64,000 nucleotides of DNA from Stegostoma tigrinum (Eukaryota): positions 23,696,571-23,760,570 of the forward strand of contig NC_081362.1 in NCBI RefSeq assembly GCF_030684315.1, written 5' to 3'. The notes under the pieces were generated by a model. It was given only the letters and a program-made list of their open reading frames with translations. It was not told the DNA's origin and ran no database searches. How positions within the stretch are numbered: position 1 is the first letter of the stretch; each line of letters begins with the position of its first letter. The translations under genes were made by a program, and so were the position numbers. Positions 1-13,068 of this stretch are shown in pieces.

Positions 1-1096
1 GCTTGTTAGTAATGGTACTAAGTGTTGAATCCATTGAATCAAAGAGCATAGGACACTAGTAAGTCGGAAAAATCAAGAATTGGCTCATGGGCAGGAGGCA
101 ACAAGTGGGGACAGGGGGTTCTTTTTAGATTGGTGACCCATGATCTGTGGGTTTTTATAGGGATCACTGCTGGGAACTACTACTATTTATATATTAGTTC
201 CTTATTGCAAAGGCTGGTTGCAAGAGGGATTTAAAAAAAGTTTACGGAGAGATATCAATTGGTTAAGTGCGTGAACAAAAAGTTGACAAATAGAGTAGAT
301 TGTGGGAAATATGACACAGTTCATTTTGGAACGAAGAACAAAAAAGCAGTGTTGTTTAAATGGAGAAAAACTGCAGAAAGCTGTAGCACAAAGGGACTTG
401 ACACTTGTACTTTATACACAGAAAGCTAGCACATGGATACAACAGATAATAAGAAAGGCTAATGAAATGCTGGCCCTTATTTAAGAGTTTGGGCTACAAG
501 AGTAGGAAACTCATACTATATCATTACAAGGTATTGGTGAGACCACAATTGAAGTATTGTAAGTAGTTTTAGGCCCCTTATTTAAGAAAATATATCAGTT
601 CATTGGTGGCAGTTCAGAGAACATTCACTGAGGTGATCCCTGAAATGAAGAGATTGTCTTATGAGCAAAAGCTAAACAACTTGGGACTCTACCCACTGGA
701 AATTAGAAGAATGAGAGGTGATCTCACTGAAACATGTAGGATTCGTAAGGGGCTTGACTGGGCAAATACCGAGAAGATTTTTCCCCTGATGGTCCTTGGT
801 TCTCCCAGAGGGCATAGTCTCAGAATAAAGAGGTGCCAATTTAAAACTAAGATGGGGAAGAATTTCTTCTCTTAATGCTTGAGAGTCTTTTGAACTCCTT
901 ACCACTGAGAGTTGTGGATGTGGAGCCCTGGTGTATATTCAAGGCCGAGACAGACAGATTCTTGATCAGTAGGGCAATCGAGGATTATTAGGAAAGTGGA
1001 TGTGAGAAATGTTGGTTCAGCCATGATCCTATTGAATGGCAGAGCAGAGGGAGGGGCCATTCGTCTTACTCCTGTTCCTATGTCTCACGGTCTTAA
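1..1096 (+). mobile_element. CR1-clade LINE (HER1-like), degenerate 3' part of ORF2 and 3' UTR
   Basis: ORF 603-875 reads VQRTFTEVIPEMKRLSYEQKLNNLGLYPLEIRRMRGDL, a typical CR1 ORF2 C-terminus. Ends in CR1-type tail 'ctcctgttcctatgtctcacggtctta'. Confidence 0.9.
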
Positions 1097-1439
1097 AGCA
1101 CTGCATTTCTCACTTTAAACACCCTTTCAAGATTCTCAAGCATTTCAGGGCAATTTAGCAGTCTAAGCAAACTCTAAAACTTTGAAGATTAACCAATGAT
1201 GGAAGGCTGATGATGAGTTACCTCAGGGTGGCTCTCAACCTGCTGCCTATCACAGGAGATTTCATTGCACAATGTTTGGACATCATATGGTATTTGAAGT
1301 TTTAAAACTAATCTTAGCACCAAAAGAGGCGACTGTCCTGTCTCACTGCTGCTTTTTCCCCAGTCCTGTAGGACCTGTGAAGTCAGTACTTGAAAATGGG
1401 ATCACCTGAAGATCCCAAGCATAAAATCATATGGACCAG

Positions 1440-1571
1440 AGGGTTTGTGATGCAGGTATTTTCTAATCAACCAGTTCAGAGATGTTATGACATGTGTTTA
1501 GATCCCACTTGCCCCAGAAGTAAATGTGTTGGCTCAGACATAGGGACAATAAAATTGCATCACAAGAGTCC
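1440..1571 (-). mobile_element. Degenerate tRNA-like SINE/LINE head fragment
   Basis: Reverse complement 'ggactcttgtgatgcaattttattgtccctatgtctgagcc...' resembles a decayed tRNA-derived retroposon head. Confidence 0.35.
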
Positions 1572-1719
1572 TTTCAAACAGGTTGACTAAAATAACTATA
1601 ACGCAAACCAAATGCCGGCAATCTACATAATGTAAGAATCGAAAAAGTTAAGGGGCTGGGTTAAAGCCCTGACCATTCCAAAGGTGTGTCATAATACATA
1701 TATAATCATTTGTATAAGA

Positions 1720-1895
1720 ATCCTTGTGTATATTTAAGGCTGAGATTCTTGATCAGTAGGGGAATCAAGCTTATGGGGGAAAACACAGGAAAGTGGGTAT
1801 CAGGATTGTCAGTTCAGCCATGATCTTATTGAAAAGCAGATCAGGCATGAGCGGCTGAACAGCCAACCCCTGTTCTTGTCTCTCATAGTGTTATA
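1720..1895 (+). mobile_element. CR1 3' UTR fragment
   Basis: Similar to 930-1090 ('gattcttgatcagtaggg', 'ttcagccatgatc', 'cctgttc'). Confidence 0.8.
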
Positions 1896-2298
1896 AATGG
1901 AGACTAATGAATTCTTCAGTAAGTCAGAGAATCTTAGTCACTTTGTTGCTATCTTTGTCTTTTCGTTGATTTTTCTTTGCTACCACTCATAATTTGATCA
2001 ATCTCATTCACTTTTGTTTTATCTTTGTGACTTTTATTCCTCGTAAATTACATGTGATTTGGCAAGAAAGGAGTGGCTGAGAATGCCGTCTGTATTTTTC
2101 TTTGAATATTTTGGGGTCAGTGTGGCATACAGGCATCAATAGTTTCTTTAGTGTTTCCTGCCAGTTGCTTGGGCTTTTTGTTTTAACTTTATCCACTTCC
2201 CTTAGCATTCCCATTGTACTATCCATTTCTGACAGCCTTCTAATTTTCATTTCTATCCCTGTTTTTTGCCATTGAATAAGGAACCATGCTTTCATTTC

Positions 2299-2525
2299 TG
2301 AGATAGTGGGAACTGCCAATGCTAGACAATCTGAGATAATGAGGTATAGAGCTGGACAAACACAGCAGGCCAAGCAGCATCAGAGGAGCAGGAAAGCTGA
2401 TGTTTTGGGTCTGGACCCTTCTTCAGAAAAGGGAAGAAGGGTCCAGACCCAAAATGTCAGCTTTCCTGCTCCTCTGATGCTGCTTGGCCTGCTGTGTTCG
2501 TCCGGCTCCACGCCTTGTTATCTCA
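2299..2525. mobile_element. Palindromic Penelope-like (PLE) terminal-repeat insertion
   Basis: Inverted arms 2332-2424 and 2433-2525 with an 8-nt spacer; sequence matches the PLE 3' end at 58657-58748. Confidence 0.85.
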
Positions 2526-2539
2526 TACTTCTATTTCCC

Positions 2540-3313
2540 TTTGGATTATAACTGGAAAATAGACAAGATTTATATAGCTAAAGTATCAGGATAATTTTTG
2601 CAACTTGAAGATCAAGGGAGATTATGTGGTGCTAACTTTAGCTACATAAGATTTGGTTCCTTTTCAGAATAGCAAAGTTGTATACTTTGTGAGACAAACT
2701 AGCATCAAGAGATTTTGGTTCAAAGAAAACCTGCCAAGCATTAGCCTTTTGGATTTATTTTTGAAGTTGCAGTTTCATAGACCTGGAAGACAGTTCACCC
2801 ATCCAGAAGCCTGCAAACAAAAAACATCTGTCCCTTCCCTCTGTGAATGATTAAGATGAAACTTTAAAGAGGAAAGGAGTTCTAATACAAGAAAAGCTTT
2901 CCTGATTGGCTGTAGAATTGAAGATCAGCTATTGTTCTGTGGACAGCATTGTGTCATCATTGCAATGATCAAAATAATGAAGAAAAAAATCTCATCTCAC
3001 CTCTGCAGTTTGGATGTTGATTTACCAAATTTGTTTTAGAGAGATTAGGATTTTAAAGGGGTGTAGCTTAAGTCACACAGTAGTAGATTAGTAATTAATT
3101 CTTTTGCCACTTGTAAAAGGATCAATTTGCTTACAATAAATAATTATTTTCCTGTTAATGACTAAACCTGGTGTGTATTTTGTTTAGTCTGAAAAAGAGC
3201 CAATTAGGCAAATTGATCATCTTGCGGTTTAATTTGGTATTTACACACTTGTGACAATTTGTGAAATGGTGGGGTTTAATTATTGGTGCACTCGTCTCAA
3301 ATAAGTTGTGACA
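2540..3313 (+). mobile_element. Possible old solo LTR
   Basis: CCAAT-like 'ctgattggct' (~2882-2911), AATAAA (~3135) and a 3' end '...ttgtgaca' at 3313 give an LTR-like layout. 5' boundary unclear. Confidence 0.3.
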
Positions 3314-4002
3314 GTTGTTGTCCCAACTTGTTCCCATTTAAACTACCAAATAAGCTCCTATTTGCCTATTTTCCCTCACTGCACTGTCACTTAGATCTTC
3401 CTCAGCCTGCAATCTACTTCCACTCATTATTTTCTAATGAAAAAGAGACTGCTTTGTCACAGTTATCAGTGATTATTTTCTGTCAACAAATATAACCAAC
3501 ACAGACACTTTCTGTTTGCTTCAAAATTCACACCTTTTTTTGGAAAATGCATTTCAATTTAAATGAGTTGATGATGACAAAGTTCTTTACTGTCTTCAGG
3601 ACTTAGACCAGTGCTGTGATCATTACTGTCCCATCACATTTGAGGAAATAAGTGCTTTAGCACATTATTGCCACTAATGCAGCATTATTGTACTCAATGA
3701 AAATGTTGCCAACTTTTTTTAATGGTAAAACTTCTATGTTCATCAACACTTAACACTCACTTGCTTATTTAAATACAGAAGTCTTCTGAAAAATTTATAT
3801 AACTCTTAAAAGCAAAAGATGTGTATGCCGCATCACAAAATAAAACACAGAAGAGACACTAGCTTCACAGACTGATTACAGGTACTTTTCCAATCACTTT
3901 ATTTTGCTGTAATGCTTTCCACACCTCCCAGAATTTGTTTTTTGTACTTGAAATGTAACTGTCATGGGCAAGGCCACTATTGACCATGCATCCCTCGTAG
4001 CC

Positions 4003-4595
4003 CTAGAACAAAAAACGAAGATAATACAGCACAGGAATAGGCCCTTCGGCCCTCCAAACCTGAGCTGATCCAGATCTTCCATCTAAACCTGTCACCTATT
4101 TTCCAAGGATCTATATCCCTCTACTCCCTGCCCTTTTATGTATCTGTGTAGATACATCTTAAATGACGCTATTGTGCCCGCCTCTACTACCTCCGCTGGC
4201 AACGTGTTCCAGGCACCCACCACCCTCTGCGTAAAGAACTTTCCACACATAGCTCTTTTAAACTTTTCCCCTCTCCCCTTGAAATCATGACCCCTAGTGA
4301 TTGAGTCCCCAACTCGGGGGTAAAAAGCTTCTTGCTGTCCATCCTGTCTATACCACTCATGATTTTGTAGACCTCAATCAGGTCCCCCCCCTCAACCTCT
4401 GTCTTTCTAATGTAAATAATCCTAATCTACTCAACCTTTCTTCATAGCTAGCACCCTCCATACCAGGTAACATCCTGAATCTCCTCTGCACCCTCTCCAA
4501 AGCATCCACATCCTTTTGGTAATGCAGTGACCAGAAATATACGCAGTATTCCAAATGTGGTCAAACCAAAGTCCTATACAACTGGAATATGAAAA
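4003..4595 (-). mobile_element. CR1 LINE 3' fragment, inserted into the 3' end of another LINE
   Basis: Minus strand gives CR1 ORF2 end and tail ('cagcacaggaataggcccttcggcc'). Flanks ~3960-4003 and ~4600-4715 are the minus-strand 3' end of the tRNA-headed LINE family. Confidence 0.85.
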
Positions 4596-4744
4596 AAAAC
4601 CTTACCTCAATTTCTGAACTGCTGCAGCCCATCTGGTATAGATGTACTCACAGTATTGTTAAAATGGTGAGTTCCTAGATTTTGACTCAGTAACATTGAA
4701 GGGACAGTGGTATTGTAATTGCAGTGGCATCACACCACCCATTG

Positions 4745-5640
4745 CACTACACCACATCTCCCTGGTCCTATACTTATCCCTGGAACATCTGGATAATAAG
4801 GATACCCATATTAGTCTCCTATTTATTAACTTTAGTTCTGCCTTCACCTCCATAATTCCAATTAGACATGTCTCCAAACTCAGGGACCTAGGAATCTGCT
4901 TCCCCCTCTGCAACTGGATCCTTGACTTCCTGACTCACAGACTGCAATCAGTAAGGATAGGTGACAACACCTCCTCCACAATTGTCCTCAATACCAGTGC
5001 CCCTCAACAGTACATTCTCGGCCTCTTGCTATAATTCTTATACACTCATGACTATGTGGCCAAATTCAGCTCTAATTCTATTTGCAAATTTGCTGATGAC
5101 CCCACCATAGTGGGTTAGACCTAAAACAATGACAGAGCACAGGATAGAGATTGATAGCTTAGTGGCATAGTGTAAAGACAACAATTTCTCCCTCAATGTT
5201 AGCAAAATAATGGGGCTAGTCATTGACTTCAGAAGCCAAGTTGAGGATATGTCCATATCCTTATCAATAGTGCTGAGGTGGAGGTGTTCAAGAGCTTCAG
5301 TGTCCGAGAAGTAAATATCACCAATGATCTATTCTGGCCCATCCGCATCAACTTGCAGTCAAGAAAGCACACCATTCCTCTACTTCCTCAGAATGCTAAA
5401 GAAATTTGGCATGTCCACAATGATCTACCGGTTTTTCAAAAATTCACCATTGGAAGCATCCTATCTGGACGCATCACAGCTTGGTATGTCAACTGCTCTG
5501 CTAAGACCATAAGCAATTATGGAATTGTGAACACAGCCCAGCCCATCACAAAGCCCAACCTTCCTTCCGTTGATTCCATCTACACTTCCCGCTGCCTCAA
5601 GAAAGCAGTGAACATAATCAAAGACTCCTTCCACCCTGAT
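4745..5640 (+). mobile_element. Rex1/Babar-clade LINE, degenerate reverse transcriptase
   Basis: [23 protein letters not shown]...[34 protein letters not shown]; 'aaatttgctgatgac' (KFADD) at ~5086; stops and frameshifts. Confidence 0.85.
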
Positions 5641-5775
5641 TTACCACTGCTGATTGCATGCCTGGTGCTGTTCTTGAACTACTGGTCTCACCCACTGCCA
5701 AACACAGATGTTGTACTTCAGTGTGGAACTGGATGAACAGAGCAGGCCAAGCAGCATCTTAGGAGCACAAAAGCT

Positions 5776-5803
5776 GACGTTTCGGGCCTAGACCCCTCAT
5801 CAG
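5776..5803 (-). ncRNA. Minimal hammerhead ribozyme motif (PLE-associated)
   Basis: Reverse complement reads CTGATGA-G-GGGTCTAGGCCC-GAAAC-GTC: intact core, stem II and palindromic ACGT stem III. Confidence 0.7.
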
Positions 5804-6749
5804 AAAAGAGGGAAGGGGAAAGGATTCTGAAATAAATAGGGAGAGAGGGCGAGGCAGATCGAAGATGGATAGTGGAGAAGATAGGTGGAGAGGAGACAGA
5901 GGAGTTAAAGGGGCAGGGATGGAGCCAGTAGAGGTGAGTGTAGTTGGGGAGGTAGGGAGGGGATAGGTCAGTCCAGGGAGGACGGACAGGTCAAGGGGGC
6001 GCGATGAGGTTAGTAGGTTCCCAAGAGGAATATATTTACCTGCACATCTGCCAATGTGGTAAGACTTCCCTCATCAAGCAGATGTTCACCTGCACATCTG
6101 TGCAGTACACACAAGCAGTATACAATGTGGTATACTGCATCCACTGTACCCGGTGTGGCCTCCTCTACATCAGGGAAACCAAGCGGAGGCTTGGGGACCG
6201 CTTTGCAGAACGCCTACATTCGGTTCGCAATAAGCAACTGCACCTCCCAGTCGCGAACCATTTCAACTCCCCCCCCCCCCCATTCCTTAGATGGCATGTC
6301 CATCCTGGGCTTCCTGCAGTGCCACGATGCCACCCGAAGGTTGCAGGAACAGCAACTCATATTCCACTTGGGAACCCTGCAGCCCAATGGTATCAATGTG
6401 GATTTCACAACCTTCAAAATTGCTCCTCTCCCAACTGCATCCCAAAACCAGCCCAGGTCATTCCCCCCCCCTCCCTAACTTGTTCATCCTCTCACCTATC
6501 CCCTCCTCCCAACTCAAGCTACACCTCCATTTCCTACCTACTAACCTCATCCCGCCCCCTTGACCTGTCCACCCTGCCCGGACTGGCCTATCCCCTCCCT
6601 ACCTCCCCACCTACGTTCACCTCTACTGGCTCAATCCCTGCCCCTTTAACCTGTCTGTCTCCTCTCCACCTACCTTCTCCTCTATCCATCATCGATCCGC
6701 CTCCCCATCTGTCCCTATATATTTCAGAACCCTCTTCCCCTCCCCATTT

Positions 6750-6777
6750 CTGATGAAGGGTCGAGGCCCGAAACGTC
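6750..6777 (+). ncRNA. Minimal hammerhead ribozyme motif (PLE-associated)
   Basis: CTGATGA-A-GGGTCGAGGCCC-GAAAC-GTC, intact core. Confidence 0.7.
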
Positions 6778-6979
6778 AGCTTTTGTGCTGTTAAGATGCT
6801 GCTTGGCCTGCTGTGTTCATCCAACTCCATACTTTGTTATCTCAGATTCTCCAGCATCTACAGTTCCCATTATCTCTGTTGTGCTTCAGTGGATCAGTTA
6901 TGGTTCTGATATATTACATGTCCTGAGAGATGATGAAATCAGATATCAGAGCTCAAGATGTTAACATTCACAGCGTCAA

Positions 6980-8770
6980 AGAGTGATAGAGTCATGGAGA
7001 TGTACAGCATGGAAACAGACCCTTTGGTCCAACTTGTCCATGCTGACCAGATACCCTAAATTAATCTAGTCCCATTTGCCAGCATTTGACCCATATTCTT
7101 CTCAATACTTCCTACTCATCCTACCATCCAGATATCTTTTAAATGTTGTAATTGTACCAGCCTCCACGACTTCCCCTGGCAGCTCATTTCCATATATGTG
7201 CCACGGTCTGCTTGAAAAAGTTGACATTTAGGTCCCTTTTAAATCCTTCCCCTCCCACCTTAAACCTGTGCCCTCTAGCTTTGGACTCCCCACCCTCGAG
7301 GAAAGACCTTGCCTATTTACCCTATCCATGCCCCTGCCCCTCATGATTTTATAAAATTCCGCAGTTTTTAATTTGCTGGTTGAGCTGGTAAGTTTGTTCG
7401 TAAACGTTTCATCAACATGTTAAGTAACACAAGCAGTGTGACTCAGGTGAAGCATCGGTGTTCTGTCCTGTTTGCTATTTCTATGGCTTGGTTTGTTGGG
7501 GTGGGTGGCGTCCCTTCCAGATTTGTTTCTTAGCGGTTGGTATATGGGGTCCAGTTCTACATGTTTGTTAATGGAGTTCTGGTTTGAGTGCCAAGCTTTC
7601 AGGATTGTTGTGCATGTCTTTGCCTGGCTTGTTCTAGGATGGCTACGTTGTCCCAGTCAAATTGGTGTCCATCTTTGTCCATGTGTATTGAATTGAATGA
7701 TATATTTGGTCACGTCTGTTGGTATCTAGTTGGTGTTCATGAATCCTGATGGCTAGTTTCTTTCCGGTCTGCCCTCTGTAATGTTTTGGCAGTCTTTGCA
7801 TGGTATTTTGTCAATAACGTTGATTCTGTTAATTGTGTTAGTCAGATCCTTTATTCTCATCAGTAGCTGTCGTAGTGAAGCTGTTGGTTTGTGGTTGACC
7901 TTGATTCCTAGGGGACGAAGTAACCTGGTGGTGCTATCCAATGTACACAGGAAGGCCACGCATATGGATCAGGTATTCAACTACAATAGCAATCTTCTCA
8001 ATACCCACAAATGGAGCTGCATCAAAACACTGTTCAAGTGTGCCGCAACAGACTGCAGCACTCTGGAGCTATGCAAAGCCAAGAAAGAATACCTGTATGG
8101 TGTCTTTCAAAACAACAGTTACCCAAAAAGCATAGCCCATCAATACCTACACAACAGACCACGATAGGAAGGCATTACACATTCCAGAGACATTAGTCAC
8201 CCTTTCATACATTAAGAACATATCTGAAGTGACCTTTATAAGGTTGCCCCTCAGCTTCTGATGCTCCAGGGAAGAAAACTGCTATTCTGCCTCTCCTTAT
8301 AGCTGGAAACCCTGGCAAGATCCTTGCAAATCTTTTCTGAACCCTTTCAAATTTCACAACATCCTTCGTATAGCAGGGAGACCAGAATTGCATGCAGTAT
8401 TCCAACAGTGGCCTAACCAATGTCCTGTACAGCTGCAACATGACCTCCCAACTCCTCTACTCTAGGCAGTAACCAATAAAGGCAGGCATACCAAACACCT
8501 TCTTCACTATCCCATCTAGCTGTGAGTCCACTTTCAAGGAACTATGAATCTGCACACCAAGCTCTCTTTGTTCAGCAACACTCCCCATGCCCTTACCATT
8601 AAGTGTATAAGTCCTGCCCTGATTTGCCTTTCCAAAAATCAGCACCTCACATTTATCTAAATTAAACTCCATCTGCCATTCCTCTGCCCATTGGCCCATC
8701 TGATCAAGATTCCTATTTCTCTGAGGTAACCTTCTTTGGTACCTACTATACTTCCAATTTTGGTGTAATT
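6980..8770 (-). mobile_element. CR1 LINE 3' fragment interrupted by a Poseidon-type PLE
   Basis: ORFs 8457-8792 and 8205-8441 (WAEEWQMEFNLDKCEV; LYRTLVRPLLEYCMQFWSP). The CR1 breaks at ~7355 ('catgattttataaa') and resumes at ~8232 ('cctttataaggttgcccctcagc'). Confidence 0.9.
7370..8228. mobile_element. Poseidon/Penelope-type PLE, internally inverted fragment
   Basis: Minus 7370-7930 reads TTRLLRPLGIKVNHKP...INVIDKIPCKDC plus terminal repeat. Plus 7930-8228 reads VHRKATHMDQVFNYNSN...HKWSCIKTLF (PLE RT thumb region). Confidence 0.85.
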
Positions 8771-11139
8771 CAACTGAACATTGGATCTGCATCCCTACTC
8801 ATTAGATAGATAGTAAGCCTAGAGCACTGTTAAATCCATGCAGACTTGAGGGACACAGAAATAACCACTGCCTAAAAGCCATATTCTGTACTGTGTTCCA
8901 ATCTTTCTCCAGCTACCACCTATGCTTGCATGAAGGTAGAGGTCTCCATAGCCCTTTGCTACGTCTCACCTGATGCTTGTTGCATTGTTCCTAAGGAAGA
9001 TTTTGTTTTAAAGGCACAGAGGAGAAGTGTGGATTTAACCACCTTGCTAGCTGCTGCACATTGTGAAACATTATCCTTAAAGACTGAACATATTTCTTAA
9101 ATGTCTTCCTTTTTAGGTGAGCATCAACGTTCTGGAAAGCACTGTTGTGAAGTTATTGGCAACTTTTTCCTCTTTCTCTCCAAGGAAGATAAAAATGTGT
9201 CACTCATTCAATGTCTTTGACTTTCCCATGCTGTGGTTCACAACATGACAATTCACTATTACAATCTAAATCTCTATGTTAAAACTGAATTGAGCTAATC
9301 TCATGCTAAGGCCAGTCACACGAGAAGTTATCTGAGGGAGAGGATTAAGTCAGGGATGGATGGGCTTGAGATTGCTTGTTTTTCTCTGTTGTTATAGTTT
9401 CAACTCCACTGTGTTTGGAGGGATAGAACCTCTCACAAGCAGGTCAACACACTCTTGAGCGACTCATCCTGCATTGGTCCTTGTCTTCAGTCGGTTCTCA
9501 GCTGTGGCTCCATGTAGTTGTCAGTATGCAACAACTGTTACAATCTGGTAAAGAGCTTCAGTAGGCAGACAAAACCAGATAAGACTAGCCATCAGGATTC
9601 CTACTCTCAGTTCCTTAGAGATTTGTCTACCCTGGCATGTGAAGTTGGATTCTGACAAACTGGATGGATAAAACCTACCAAAAGCCTAAAATCTTCAAGG
9701 TAGGTCAGCACAATGTTGTGGAATGTGTAGAGTTCAATAAGATACGAGAAGTCCTGGTCCCCTATTGCATCAAGATCTAACCCCAGGTGGCTACACTCAT
9801 CTTGCCAATGGTCTAAGATAGGGCGAGGTGATAGCATGAGACTGACTATGTGCAACTCTCCCTTACTTTAACTAAATTCATGCTCACTTCAAGTTTGTTA
9901 TCTGTCATCATTGTTCATCATCTGTCATTTGTGACCTACCCGTCTCAAGTCCTGTGCCAATATGTGAGTGATGCAGCAGTATGTTGGGATGTAGCTGTAA
10001 AAGTGCATACAAATGGGTACTTCAGTGGAATGTAGCAGAAGTGAAACTCAGGAACCATGAAGCAACCCTTTCAGGACCACACAGCTTACCTTTCATAGTA
10101 TAAGTAAGGGCCTGAAAAGATGCTTCAAGTATTACTCAAACATCATTCACATTCCTGGCCAATGGACCCTCAGGGATTCCATCAATTTGGTCATATGATA
10201 GGATGGTGTCTGCAGACTCCAGCGGAATGGAAAGTGGCAGACAGTGTGTCCCATCACTTCCCACCACCCCCCAAAAATCTAGACTCCTTGATCTCAACCC
10301 ACTTATCTGATTTGATTTAAATGTTGTACATTTGATCTATCTAGTTTCTTGCTGGAGGGGAGAAAATTTGAAAGTAGCATATAAATACAATGGATTTGGG
10401 TATTAGGGAGATGAAAATGCATGGTAATAAAACAGGTGCTGCTCAATGTTGAGATTGTGAAGTCATTATTTAAGACTTGAGGGAAAATTGGGAAAATGTT
10501 TCTCCATGTCAAGAATCAAATGTTTTCATTGATAGAATTTTCCCATCTTTCTTGCTGTCACTCAGGCCACACAAGAGAGGAGAAAATGTTAGCCTGATCA
10601 AGTGTTTTGATGATGCATATTTATGCAGGCAGGTACTTTAATATCTATGTCAATGTAGGTAAAAGACCTTGCCTAAGAAATACCAGTGGCCACAGACATG
10701 AGTTGGCCTTGAACTGTCCAACTGAAGATCTGTCACAGGGCTTCGCTGTTGAACTTTGTAATTGCACATGATTGGAGTGGAATAAAATAAATCTGCTGCT
10801 GCAAATATTAATCAATAATAAGTGTATCCTTCTAAAACTCCAAGATCATTTAACTTAGTGACCAAAAGAAAAGGACAACAGACCTACATTGTTTGAAGTC
10901 TTCACCTTGAGGAAAGCAAGTGCAGCAGAGAACTCTTGAAATCATAAGAATGAAACACAGCTACATTTATGATTGCAATAATTTCTTAAATCATAAGCAT
11001 TTATCTTTTAAAGTTTACAAGAAAACCTGCCACTTCTCTGTTTGTGACAGTTACAGTATTTGGGGTTAAAACACTTTGACCTTGGATGGCATGTTTTGTC
11101 AGTGGCTGGTGGGCAAAACAGGGAACCATTGCATCACTT

Positions 11140-11700
11140 CTCCCCTGTCCACGAGCCTGCTTGATTGGCACTCCATCTGCTACCTTAAACATTCACTCCC
11201 TCTATCATCAGTGCACAGTGACAGTCATATGTGCCATGGACAAGATACACATATATTCAACATTAATTTCCAAATGCCTCTCCTCTAAACCAAGAAGAAC
11301 AAGGGCAAATGAGGCAAGGGAACTACCGCCTGAAATTTCCCCTCCAAGCTAAATAGTGGACTGACTTGGAACAATATTGTGCTCTCTTCACGCATACCAT
11401 TTTTCCAAAAAACATTGGAACACTCAGCCTAACAGCACTGTAGGTCGATTTCCAACGATCTCAGTATTTCAAACAGTGTCTCACCACTCACATTTCCTCG
11501 TTATGTTTTCTGTGTGGCTTTCTGAGGTCTGTGCATGGCAGCGATTTCTGAAACTGGAAGTCAGTGCATTGGATACCATTTGCTGTGCACAGACCTCACA
11601 GCTGAGAGGGAATGCTGCTCTCCACAACCTTCTTGAGGGATGTTAGGAATGGGCAATAACATGTGGCTTGGCAAATGATGCTCACATGTGTTAAGAGAAA
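11140..11700 (+). mobile_element. 3' end of CR1/L2-superclade LINE (tRNA-headed family)
   Basis: ACLIGTPSATLNIHSLYHQCTVTVICAMDKIH is a LINE ORF2 C-terminus. Tail 'gagggatgttaggaatgggcaataacatgtggcttggcaaatgatgctcacat' matches the SINE tail at 42065-42125. Confidence 0.75.
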
Positions 11701-12714
11701 AGTGCTTAGGTGATGCAGTTCAAAGGCAGGCCATCAAAGTGTAAAGCTGCTCATCCTGTAAGGCCAAACATAATCTCTCACAGTGAAAGTCAGCAGCCTT
11801 CCATAATCATTCTCTGGCCACTGGATTGGATCTGGCACTAAGTGTAGGGTACCTACAAGACAGGCACTGAGAGGATACGCCAGTGTGTTTAGGTCTCTTG
11901 GTGTAATTTGGAAGCTCGAAGGCAGTAGGCAAGTAATGTGGACTGGTGCAGGATAAAAACATCATGGTGTCATCAAGATATTCACCAAGAAAAACTTCTT
12001 TTTAGTTGGTGTACGCGCGTACCATCTGATAGAGGCAGATCTTGTATTTCTTTTGTCACTCCCAGTTGAGGTAGGGCCTGCAGAGCCATTTGTGTAGAAT
12101 CAACGGTGTCATGCACCATCCAGTATTCTGTTGTCCTGTCAAATCCATATGTCCTTTTATCCTGTTACTCCTTTCTGAAAAGAAAGAGGGTGAAGTCTCC
12201 ACTCCTTGTGACTCTAGTTTTGTGATTTACATTTTATATCTAAAGACAGCTAACAGTGAGATGTTACTGGTGTTGCCTATCTGCTTGGAGGGGTCCACTA
12301 TCATAAAATCTTTGGGCGACAGTGATCTTCATGGCCACTGGGAAGACTGTCTTCACTCTGGTTTCAGGATCGAGGTCAGTGTGAAGAAGGCAACATAGCT
12401 TGATAGTAGCCTTATTGGTGAAACAAATCCTCCTTGAGCACCCTGCTTCAGGTCTAAGTAGGAGTGGACCTTCCTGAAAATATTTTGTGGCTAATGGTTT
12501 CTATGGGGAACCTCCCTCATTCTCCCTGCTCGATAACTCACCCCACGCTGTCTTCTCTGTCTCCATCTGGTACTGCAAAAACTGCCTTATACCTGTTAAG
12601 GGAACAGACCTTTCTCCATCACTACTTGCAGAAAATATCTGAAAATAGCTCCAGCTATTCACCAGTGTTCATATACTTTGCCTTAGCAAAAAGCAAGAAA
12701 AAAAAAATCCTCAC

Positions 12715-12940
12715 CTGTGATTTGTTGAGTTGTTTGCAATACAGAGTGATGCCAACTGTTTAGTTTCAATTCCTTCACTGTCTGAGGTTACTGTGAAGGA
12801 TGCTCCATCATAACTTCTCCCCTCACTTAAGGAGTGATGACTTCTAGGTTAAATGACCACCAGCTCTCTTTCTCTTTCTCTCTCTCTAATGAGAGTGTGA
12901 CCTATAGTCTGGTAGGACAAGGATGAATTTAACTTTACTT
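12715..12940 (+). mobile_element. tRNA-derived SINE (degenerate) with 'actttactt' tail
   Basis: B-box-like 'gtttcaattcc', body 'ggttaaatgaccaccagctctc', simple-repeat tail 'ttaactttactt'. Confidence 0.55.
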
Positions 12941-13068
12941 AAACCAAAGTGAAAGTCACACTACAGAGGATTATGGATTATATGCTGGATTTCTCAATTG
13001 ACAGGTGGTCACATGTGCATGTAGCTAACAGGAAACATTGTTTCCCTGCAGCCAACCAACATAGCTGT

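Larger units (their letters stand above)
5724..6876 (+). mobile_element. Neptune-type Penelope-like element: GIY-YIG fragment with inverted terminal repeat at 5' end
   Basis: NVVYCIHCTRCGLLYIRETKRRLGDRFAE GIY-YIG motif. 5724-6015 is an inverted copy of the 3' tail (~6540-6830). 15-bp TSD tgttgt(a/g)cttcagtg at 5709-5723 and 6877-6891. Confidence 0.9.

Noticed and set aside
6004-6753. Longest ORF in the track (249 aa) as a host gene
   Set aside because: Chimeric frame through a rearranged PLE; the GIY-YIG part frameshifts at the poly-C run (~6267-6281) into low-complexity tail sequence.
9100-9130. Polypyrimidine-AG acceptor-like or donor-like site 'tcttcctttttaggtgagc'
   Set aside because: No coherent exon or recognisable coding sequence nearby.
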